From positions 172,431-236,430 of the IMG/VR virus record IMGVR_UViG_3300045125_000168: 64,000 nucleotides of DNA. One strand, given 5' to 3'. Each line of letters opens with the position of its first letter. Within the stretch, counting starts at the first letter, position 1. This document shows positions 54,912 through 64,000 of this stretch, one piece after another. The translations under genes and the position numbers were made by a program. Below the pieces are notes generated by a model. It did not search any database and was not told where the DNA came from. It worked only from the letters and a program-made list of their open reading frames with translations.

Positions 54912-57290
54912 ATGCCGAAAAAAACGGATGAGTTTATTAGACTACCACTTATGCCGCTGCGCGATATCCTCGTGTTTCCAACCACGGTCGTTCCTCTCTT
55001 CGCAGGTCGATCCAAATCGATCAAAGCCCTTGAAGATGCTATGGCAACCGACAAGCAAGTTATGCTTGTCGCGCAGAAAAATTCTAAATTGTCAGATCCT
55101 CAACCAAGTGACCTGCATCTTGTTGGTACGATCTGCAAAATTCTCCAGTTTTTGCGGCTTCCTGATGGTAATGTCAAAGTCCTGGTGGAAGGTGGAGCTA
55201 GAGCCAAAGTCGTAGACTTCCTCGACGAAGGATGATTATTTCCTCGTGGACGTGGAAGAGCTTGAGGAAGAAAAACTTAACGAAGTCGAAAGCGAAGCCA
55301 TTAGCCGCACGGTCAAAATTGCGTTTGATAACTACGTTCGTCTCAATAAGCGCATCCCACCGAAATGCTGCTTTCCATTTCGCAAATCGAAGACGAGTCA
55401 AAATTGGCAGATTCCATTGCCTCGCATTTGACCAACCTAAAATTGGACGATAAGCAGCTTCTCCTTCAACAAACCAACCCTAGTGCGCGTCTTGAAAAAA
55501 TTTACGGCATGGATTCAAAGCCGAAATTGAAATCATGCGCGTTGAGAAAAAATTCGGTCCCGTGTCAAGAGACAGATGGAAAAGGCTCAAAAGAGTATTA
55601 TCTCAATGAGCAAATGAACGCGATTCAGAAAGAACTCGGTGACAAGGACGACTCCGAGAGCCGAGTTCATGGAGCTTGAGCGGCAGATCAAGGCTAAGAA
55701 ACTTAGCGATGAGGCCTGAGAAAAGCTCAACAAAGAACTGAAGAAGATCAAAAACATGCCACCGATGAGCGCAGAAGCACGGTGGTGACGCAACTATATT
55801 GATACCTCTTCTATCCCTCCCTTGGAATGAGTATTCTAAGGAGAAAAAAGATATTGTCTTCGCCGAAGATGTTTTGAACAAGGATCACTTCGGGTCTTGA
55901 AAAGGTCAAAGACCGAATCCTCGAATTACCTCTCGGTTAGGCTCTTGGTCGAAAACCCGAAAGGACCAATCTGTGCCTGCGTCGGACCCCCAGGGGTTGG
56001 TAAAACCTCTTTGGCCAAAAGCATTGCTGAGGCCACGGGTCGCAAGTTTGCTCAGTTGCGCTCGGTGGGTGTGCGGGATGAAGCCGAAATCCGAGGGCAC
56101 CGTCGAACCTATATCGGGTCCATGCCAGGACGCATCATCAACGCCATTAAAAAAGTAGGCACGTCTAACCCAGTCATCCTCCTCGATGAGGTGGACAAAC
56201 TCGCGGCAGATCACCGGGTGACCCCACCGCAGCGATGCTCGAAGTCCTGGACCCGGAGCAAAACTTTGCGCTCGTGGATCTACTACCTTAGCCCTCGACT
56301 ACTGACTTGTCCAAAGTTCTCTTCATGGCAACGGCCAACACCCTCCTCGACCATCTTCGACCCCTGCTGGACCGGATGGAGATCATCCAGCTATCAGGGA
56401 CTACCGAAGAGGAAAAGAGTCGCTAATCGCCAAGCAATACCTCGTCCCGAAACAACTGAAGACCAACGGGTCAAAGAAGGCTCTTGAGCATGAACCCCAA
56501 CGCCATCAAGGAACTGGTCCGGTACTACACGAGAGAGTCTGGTGTTCGGAACTTAGAGCGAGAGATCGGTTCAGTGATTCGCAAAGTTGTTCGCAAAGCT
56601 CTACAAAAGTGCGGTTCTGAGCCCAGTAAGATGGAGTTTGAAGCCGAGACCATCACCGAAAAGGCAGTGCAAAAATATCTTGGTGCAAGACGCTATAACA
56701 TTGGCCTCGCCAATCACCAGCATGGAAATCGGCCTTTGTACGGGCCTCGCATGGACCGAAGTGGGCGGGGACTTGCCCGTCACCGAGGTCACCATGCCCC
56801 TGGTAAAGGCAAGGTCACTTGCACAGGCAAGCTCGGCGAAGTCATGCAGAGTCGGCCAAAGCCGCGTTATCCTATGTGCGCTCCCGCTCTAAGGCGCTAG
56901 ACCTGCCGATGACTTTTATGAGAAAATCGACCTGCATATCCACGTCCCCGCGAAGGCCGTTCCAAGGACGGTCCTTCAGCAGGGATGTTATGGCCACGGC
57001 TCTCACCAGTGCCGTGACCAAGCGGACCTGTGAACCGCGAAGTCGCCATGACAGGCGAAGTCACGCTGCGTGGGCGCAGTACTGCCGATCGGTGGTCTGA
57101 AAGAAGAAGCTCATCGCAGCAGCACCGAGGCGGAATCAAGAAGTCTTGATCCCCAAGGAGAACGAAAAGACCTTGAGGGACGTGCCCAAAAGCGTCCTTA
57201 AAGAAGTCGAAATCGTCTGCGTGGAGACACATGGACGAAGTTCTCCATCACGCCTTGGTATGGGAAGGCTCTGAGCCCAAAATAGGCTAG
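54912..57290 (+). CDS. lon: Lon ATP-dependent protease, full length but heavily frameshifted (assembly error or pseudogene)
   Basis: [13 protein letters not shown], Walker [19 protein letters not shown], Walker [25 protein letters not shown], and PKDGPS / PIGGL remnants across frames. Confidence 0.9.
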
Positions 57291-57388
57291 GGCGAGTAAG
57301 ATTATTCTGCTACAGGGTAAGGGTTTGAGGGGGACGTGATCCGCTCAAACGAACCTATTTCATTTTTTAGACTTTTTAGGGAAACAAA

Positions 57389-58040
57389 ATGAGCTTTCTC
57401 TCAAACTTGAAGTTCTCGCAGGCGATGTGCTTAAGTTCCGAACCAAGAAAGACCTCGAAGCACTCAGGCGAAAAAAGAAACTCGGTCGTTCATCAAAAAT
57501 TTGAAGAAAGAAAAAGAGAGAGAAACGAGAAGGCTACGATGAACATGCAGCGGACAGTCTCCATAAAATTTCAAAATTGGTAACGTGACGGATCTCGGGC
57601 GTCGTGGTTTTGGCTGTAGGACCGGGAAGATGATTTTTTGGGTATACAGCTTGAGTTTGAAGACGAATTAGAAGAGAAGGATATTAGAGATCGCCCCAAA
57701 AGCCATCAAATTGGCAAAAGAGTACAAACTCCGCTACCCGAAGGAAAGTCGCAATGTTAGAGATTTTGAAGAGAATTTAGTAAAAATCTTGGACGAGGGT
57801 GTCGATACGGTTGATTACTACGAATATCAATTTTATCTCTTGCCTGAAGCTCTTTTTGGCAAAGCGGATATCGGCAGGTCTAGTAATTTACTTAATCCCG
57901 ATGAAAGGGACATTTACGACAAAATGAGAAATGAAATACCTTTTTACGTCATCGCCATTTATTCCGACGATCAAAAGAAATACAAGAAAATCGTCGATGA
58001 AATCCGCAAAGAGTCCGAATCAAGAGTAAGTTATCGTTGA
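57389..58040 (+). CDS. Hypothetical protein; frameshifted fragments probably one gene
   Basis: With one added A the start reads MSFLSNLKVLAGDVLKF; the 3' part is ORF 57711-58040. Confidence 0.4.
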
Positions 58041-58445
58041 CTCAGTGATAAGGGGCAACACCCGACTAGACGTGGCTGAGGATCGCGAAAAACCGTCACT
58101 CTGAGCGTGCAACCATGATGCCGCCTACGAGTTCGGATGAAGATATTTTAGCGAGAGATTTTTCGACGAACTCTCCTGAGTGCTGACGCTAAGATTCGTC
58201 GCTCAACAGAAGCTGAGAGCCATCTATAGTTTCGTGATATAACCAATCAGGCACGTCGTACACGATGCCGTCTTGGTTGTCCTCTAACATTTTTACGATT
58301 TCGTCGTACAATTTTAGCTTGCCGGGAATCACTTGGACGCCCACGGGACTGGAGCGGATGCTCGCCTCTCTTCCACAACTTAACATCGCGCTCAAACCGG
58401 AGTTCGCTCCCGATCGAGATGGCCCAGTTGAAAGGGCCGTCCCAC

Positions 58446-58778
58446 TCAATCGGTAACGCCACGTCCTAACCACTCACTGGCATCTTCCGGTGTACCGACG
58501 CGAGCGGGAGAATAACGCCCAGCAAACTTTTTGTTCAGGACTGAGACGATCTTGTTGGCCGCAGCTACTAACTCAAGGTGTCTGTTTGGAACTTTGTTGT
58601 CCGAGGGCTCTTGGTTCTGACTAAGAACTTGAAGCGCATGGAACCAGTCCCGATACCGCAGTTCCTGCGCCAGAGCTTCCTGAGCGTCCGAGAGCTTCGG
58701 GAACTTATCGCGTTCCTTTTTGTGCTTGAGCTTGGCGAGGGTCTTGAGTTGAGCGATCGAGGAGACGTGCAGAGCCAT
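58446..58778 (-). CDS. Small protein with a 'glyoxalase superfamily protein' N-terminal-like helical domain
   Basis: QLKTLAK.....KLSDAQEALAQELRYRDWFHAL. Confidence 0.5.
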   Translation of the reverse strand: MALHVSSIAQLKTLAKLKHKKERDKFPKLSDAQEALAQELRYRDWFHALQVLSQNQEPSDNKVPNRHLELVAAANKIVSVLNKKFAGRYSPARVGTPEDASEWLGRGVTD

Positions 58779-58966
58779 GAAAGTCCTACCTTTCGTTAGA
58801 CCTTGTGACGCTGGTGTTCGCTGCGCAAGCTCAAGGCCGTGAAAGTTAGACCATTGGCTTATAGAGGCTACGGCTGCTGATTTGCTTCCCCAGTGGCGAA
58901 CCGGACGGGTGCGCGTACCCGATGACATCTAGTCGCGGGTCGTTTAGCAAACTCCAGGTCGCGTTG

Positions 58967-59555
58967 TCAAGCCCATAACTCGGAGTGACAGATGGCGATT
59001 TTTTTGCTTGGAATTTGGGATCGTCGCCCCACCACTGATCTGCCATTTCTAAAAATTCGTCTGGTGTTTGCAGCCTTTGTTTTGTGCGCTTGTTCTGATC
59101 GATCAAATAGACAGGAAGCCCACGGCTGAAAGCATCGTAGATTCGTAGCTCCCAAAAGGAGCGGCCATAGTCGGTTTGTTGGCCGTCTGACACTATACAA
59201 TCGGCTTGAGGCAGAAGAAATTCAAAAAATATCTGCTCGGCCAAGCCTTTCGTGATTGTCTCTGTCTTGTCTCGCCACACCTTGACTTGGGTAATAGCAC
59301 GTTTGCCAAAAACCATTTTTGTTATGAATTGGACCAAGTAAATTACTTTCTCACTCTCTTCATTCAAAGCAACGATCTTATCAGGTAAAGAGTAGAGGTT
59401 GAGTATTCTCGCCAAGCTGCGTTAAGAGCTTCTTTCTCTTGTCGGAGATGAGCTTCACATACATAACCGCATTCATCTGTTTTAGGCTTGTAGCCTTCCC
59501 AAGAGACGTTTTGCGGAGCCGCGAGAATTTTGAGCTTTTCAAGGAACATGTTCAC
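58967..59555 (-). CDS. Hypothetical protein with a possible degenerate GNAT-like fold; fragments joined
   Basis: MFLEKLKILAAPQ... joins ...QVKVWRD...GLAEQIFFEFLL...IVSDGQQTDYGRSFW. Confidence 0.5.
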
Positions 59556-59736
59556 CTCGGATTTTACCTACTCACCCCTAACAGAATCGGCACAAAAAGC
59601 CAATTTCTTTAGGCGAAAAATATCTCAATAAAGTCATATTCTTACCCAAATGCTAGGCGGTGCCGACCCTTTTGGCTTTGAGGTGGCTTTTCGCCTTCCC
59701 ACACGCCAAAAAGTTTCGTTTCGAGCGTCAGGGTTT

Positions 59737-60066
59737 TCATCGTCCGTCCACTTCAAGGTTGGACACCACGCCAAACCCTTCGACTTCACACGTCTCCCCA
59801 TCGTCCTCTTTGTAAGAGAAGTTGCAGCGGATTTGATCGCCTGCTTTTAGCTCGCGCAATTCGTCCCGAAGCTCAGGGTATTCGTCAAGATTCGGAAGCC
59901 TGAGTTTTGTGATCTTATATACCCGTGACGGTGCCCAGGCTGGTTCCTCCCACGAGCCCTCAGTCCCAGGCTCGTCCTCAATCAGGACGCTGCGCACCAC
60001 ATCCGGTCTGTAGTCTGCAAGGTCTACGGTTCGGCTCGCCACACTCAAACGCTTCAAGAAAGACAT
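59737..60066 (-). CDS. Acidic hypothetical protein
   Basis: 109-aa ORF with an RBS (AAGGGGG), starting MSFLKRLSVA. Confidence 0.6.
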   Translation of the reverse strand: MSFLKRLSVASRTVDLADYRPDVVRSVLIEDEPGTEGSWEEPAWAPSRVYKITKLRLPNLDEYPELRDELRELKAGDQIRCNFSYKEDDGETCEVEGFGVVSNLEVDGR

Positions 60067-60203
60067 AGTTTTCCCCCTTGAAATTTGAATCTTTTAAGCG
60101 CCCCAAAAACCAATTTAACCTTTTGTATTTATTGGTATTTATAATTTATTAAAGAAATTTTCAAAACGTGACGAAAAGAGCCTCGCTTTTTAGGGAGGTA
60201 CTC

Positions 60204-61614
60204 ATGTCTTTCTGTCCCGCATGTTTCCGAAACGTAAAAAAAAGCCCACTGAGTCTCTTGTGCCCAGAGTGTGAACTGAAGGCGACCGTGAGTAAAGAGG
60301 CGGAGACCACACGGCGTCTTATGCGGGACCAAGAAAAAGACAGCAAAAATGGAATCCATGAAGGCCCAGGAAGACTTCTCGACAAAAATTGAAAGCCGAA
60401 AGGGAGCGTAGTAGTCGTGACGATTCTTCAAGAGAAAATCCTGCGAACCTGGATCTTCTCCTGGTCAAACCTCAAGAGTTGAAGGATTTTAATACCAAAG
60501 CTACTAAGGCTCTTGCTACAAATGATCTGAAAGCTCTCAAAAAAATATTATACTTCTTCGGCTCAAAAATGGTCCTATCAGGATGTGCTAGTCTGTGAGA
60601 ACGAAATATGGAGAGGTTCAAATTCACCAGCTATTGAAGCGTTTGCTGCCGCCATCAGACAACACAAGGGTCTTAGGAGCGCGATAGTGCTCACGTTGCG
60701 ATCCCAACACATGATCCAAGATCTGGATGCGGAGGTACAAAGTTGGCTTTATCTCCCAGGCTCTAACTCTGACGAACACCGGGATTCCTTGATAAATTTT
60801 GTCAAACAGGAATCAGAAATATGTGAGGAATTTATTGATAATTACCCTTGGTTTTCATTGTCGGACGAAAACCTTGAAAAAGTTCTTCTCGAAATGATGT
60901 TGAAAGAGAATATCGATCGATGGGGCAGGGCCTGTAAGAATATTTTTGATTATCTAATTAAAGCAAATATGGTCAAAAGTATCAAATATGTCCCCACTCT
61001 ACTACTACTTGCTAGACGCGCTGTGGAAGAAGGACATCATGAAAAGGGCTTATTCGCACTCACGAGGTTAGCCGGTCGAAGTCAAGAATATATGGATATG
61101 CTGAAAGCCTTCAATTTAGACGAAACACTCGCAAAAATTATCGATGATAAAGAGTCTCTTGAAGATGGGCTTGGTGCGTACCAAGAATTTTTTCAAGAAT
61201 GGCGATCATACACCAGTGACCCTAAAGTTTTAGGATATATTGCAAAAGTTGAAGAAGGTTTGCGATCTTCGTTCAAAAAGAAGTTCAAAAAAACATAGAA
61301 GAAAGCAATACTCTTCTACACCAAAAAACAAAAGAATTTCAGACATGCTCTAAAGAAGAGGCTATCAACTTACAAAAGAAATATCAGAATGCTCCTTTCT
61401 ATCTTCGTTACGGAGGGATTACATACAACCAATTAGTAAACTACCAGAAGAACTCGAAAAAATATTCGATTACATACTGAAAAACCAATCTCGCGTGAAA
61501 ACCTGTGTTACAGCACCATCCGCCATGTTCGGGCTTCTCAATGTTGTTATTTTTATATTAAGTAGGATTTCTCGATTGATCGGAGGCTTTACAGGAGGTA
61601 TTGTTGTTTACTGA
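60204..61614 (+). CDS. Large helical protein with an N-terminal zinc ribbon; fragments probably one gene
   Basis: CPAC...CPEC; ORFs 60168, 60389 and 60585 and a 3' tail connect through A-run indels. Confidence 0.45.
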
Positions 61615-62243
61615 TGATTACTATCAGTGGTCCAAAACTATCTACAAAAGGTCGAGCCTATTTTATCTTTTTGGGGCGACCCTATTTGCTTGCTCTGCCT
61701 GGTATTTAGGCCGCTCTTCTTTTGGACCATGACAGTCATATCCTCGTGGTACAGCTTAAAGTGGTTTTTGATCGCTCGTGCTGCCTATGCACTGCGAAAC
61801 ATGGAAAAGATCGAGGACATGAGGTTTAAGTCTCATGCACTATCCTCGAAATTTATGACATTCAGGCTGAATCTTCGGCTCTAAAAAGTTTTGAACAGTC
61901 ATTTGACAAAAAAAAATCGGCTAAAGCCGCTTAGTCGCACGATCGAACTTCGGTCGCGGTCGATCCCTCTGCTTTGCGCTCGGCATGTAACCCAAAGTTA
62001 CTTGGCCAAGGCTTAAAAAATATTCATAAAAATCATGTGATTAGCTTATGGGCTAAATAGTCCGAGAGGCTATTTTTCCTTTGTTTTTTACAATATGTTG
62101 TTTTCATTGGTTTAAATACTGCTTGAAAAATAGGCAGCGTTGGACTATTAGAAGGGCCGAGGCCATTTAAAAAGAAATTTAAAAATTAAAGAAAGACACT
62201 AGAGCAAATAAGCTCACTGGTCATATTTTAAAAGGATTCTGTT

Positions 62244-63092
62244 ATGCCAAGAGAGATCGATCAAATTCATTCAACCCTCGATGAAAAGCTGCGCTGGTCT
62301 GACTTAGTGCAGCCCTTTGAGTTCACATCTACAGACTGGCATCTTGTGCGGCCCTTCGGACAAGTGTGGACGGACTTCCGACACATTATTACGACTAAGA
62401 CAGGCAAGAAGTATTATGAATACTGCCTCGCCTTTGATGAGTCCGAACCAAATCAAAACCGTAATGACCCCAATCGTCACGCCAAGTGTGAATGTTGTCG
62501 GCTTGAGTTCGAGCAAAAAGTCGGCTTCGGTGGCTCTCGTATTGTGAGTCACTATCGCTACTTTATGAATGTCGTCCTCTACGAAGAGGTCAATAAGACG
62601 TATCAGGCTAAAGGTGTCTATCTCTTGGAGATGGCCAATTCGCTCTTCAAAAAAATCAAAGAGCTAAAAAGTGCCAACGGTGGCATTTCGGTGACGCATC
62701 CGAAAAACGGGGCATTTATTCAAATCAAGTATGATCGGAATGAGAGCCCATCCTCCATGTATTCCGCATCGCTGGACACCAAAAATACACCGATTCCTCA
62801 AGACGCCCTTGAGCTTATAATCAAACAAAAATATCCAGGCGGCACGACCAAAGAGATCAAAGGTAAAAACGGTCTTCCCCTCAATTTGAATATATCCGTG
62901 GGGTATCGTCCGAGGAAGAGATCATCAAATCTCTCAGGACGCACGGCTACTATCAAGCAACAAATTGAGAGGGCTCCTCTACAGCAACAGCAGCAGTTCA
63001 GACCCAGGCCAAAGATGTACGGAGATATTCCACCTCCGAGTGCGAGAGATATGTACATTCCAGAAGCTAACGACAACATGATGCCATATTAA
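62244..63092 (+). CDS. Single-stranded DNA-binding protein, T4 gp32-like
   Basis: H..YC...CECC cluster, RYFMNV, LFKKI, VTHPKNGAFIQIKY; sits next to an annealase. Confidence 0.55.
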   Translation: MPREIDQIHSTLDEKLRWSDLVQPFEFTSTDWHLVRPFGQVWTDFRHIITTKTGKKYYEYCLAFDESEPNQNRNDPNRHAKCECCRLEFEQKVGFGGSRIVSHYRYFMNVVLYEEVNKTYQAKGVYLLEMANSLFKKIKELKSANGGISVTHPKNGAFIQIKYDRNESPSSMYSASLDTKNTPIPQDALELIIKQKYPGGTTKEIKGKNGLPLNLNISVGYRPRKRSSNLSGRTATIKQQIERAPLQQQQQFRPRPKMYGDIPPPSARDMYIPEANDNMMPY

Positions 63093-63103
63093 GGAGAACA
63101 ATT

Positions 63104-63415
63104 ATGAGCTTATCAAATTCATACTTAGAGCACTCTAATGCTTGGGACTTTCTCCCTTCGGAAGTCAAAACAATTTTGGTAGATAAAGGCTACAAAAAAT
63201 CCTACTTCCGAGCATCCGTGAACATAACACCGGAGGGTAAACGAAGTGCAATTTTAAGATGCACACAAATCCCGGATGGTGCTTGGGCGTTTTTAACTCA
63301 CTATAACATTCGCGACATAAGCGAATATCAAGTAGGCGTTGTCTTCCTGAATGGAGTTCTTTCTTTGCATTTAGACCTTGAAGACTATTACCAGATATAT
63401 GAGTTGCGAGCATGA
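63104..63415 (+). CDS. Hypothetical protein
   Basis: 103-aa ORF with a GGAG RBS. Confidence 0.55.
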   Translation: MSLSNSYLEHSNAWDFLPSEVKTILVDKGYKKSYFRASVNITPEGKRSAILRCTQIPDGAWAFLTHYNIRDISEYQVGVVFLNGVLSLHLDLEDYYQIYELRA

Positions 63416-64000
63416 GTAACTTGACTAGCTTGATGCTAAAGGATCTGGAAGCCGCAAAAATCTTGATTCGATCAGGCTTAATCCCCAAATACTTGAAAAA
63501 GCCCCGAACAGGTTGTTGTGGTCATGGCTAAAGGCCGTGAATTACGCTTGGGGCCGATGCAGTCTCTCGAACAAATATATGTCGTCGATAACGTGCCTGC
63601 GCTGCGTGGTCAGTTGATGTTAGACCTCATAAGACGCTCGTTTCCCAACGCAAGAATTTATTATGACTGGAGCAAGGCACCACAAAGGGTGTCTGTCCAC
63701 GCGGCCCGTTCTAAGCATGATGATCTCCAAGTGTTTACTTGGGACCTGGACATGGCTACTCATCTGTTGCAAAAGCCATGCTGGAAACACTATCCGAGAA
63801 CGATGTTGACGTGGCGTTGTGTTGCGGAGATGGCACGGTTCCTCTTTCCAGATGCCTTGAACGGGTGCCTTTACACTCCCGAAGAGCTTGGGGCAGACAC
63901 CGACATTGATGGCATCCCTACGGATATTGATGTCCCCACTCGGCTCAAATCTGCCAGACCCAGCGGGGACGTTCCTTTTTCGGTGGGATGGATAGTCTGA
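63412..64000 (+). CDS. RecT/Red-beta-like single-strand annealing protein; frameshifted, end at window edge
   Basis: SGLIPK...EQV...KGRELRLGPMQSLEQIYVV...PAL..LML.LI...YPRTML..RC....ARFLFPDALNG.YTPEEL. Confidence 0.7.

Noticed and set aside
1-64000. Widespread ORF breaks interpreted as pseudogenes, programmed frameshifts or stop-codon recoding
   Set aside because: Breaks are frame changes, mostly at homopolymers, and hit essential genes (protease, tape measure). Genes end normally in TAA, TAG or TGA. Long-read indel error is the simplest explanation.
1-64000. CRISPR arrays, tRNAs and rRNA
   Set aside because: No repeat-spacer periodicity or cloverleaf was recognised by eye. tRNAscan-SE and a CRISPR finder would be needed to exclude them formally.

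Overview
This window looks like part of a large tailed (jumbo-type, probably myovirus-like) bacteriophage genome, not a bacterial chromosome. It carries a prohead protease, a scaffold-like protein, neck/head-closure proteins, a fibre array, a tape measure, RuvC, an SSB and a RecT-like annealase. Many genes are split by single-base indels, mostly in homopolymers. This most likely reflects an unpolished long-read assembly, so I joined fragments by hand where a neighbouring frame continues the same protein. All family calls come from motif recognition by eye, not database searches. Main observations: (1) about 12-14 unrelated ORFs (three ADP-ribosyltransferase-like proteins, NUDIX, GNAT, ferritin-like, papain-like, LRR and hypotheticals) share a short N-terminal leader (M..F[LF]x[KRQ][VL]..ending aliphatic-aliphatic-Ala) that the housekeeping genes lack, which suggests a capsid-targeting, protease-cleaved signal for a packaged effector set; (2) a volactin-like actin with a small adjacent gene; (3) five tandem paralogous fibre genes with constant ends, swapped central modules, hairpins between them and a conserved RBS-covering stem; (4) host-like auxiliary genes (rmlC/rmlD, DUF5672-like, Lon, RRM). 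No tRNA, rRNA, CRISPR array, integrase or reverse transcriptase was recognised.
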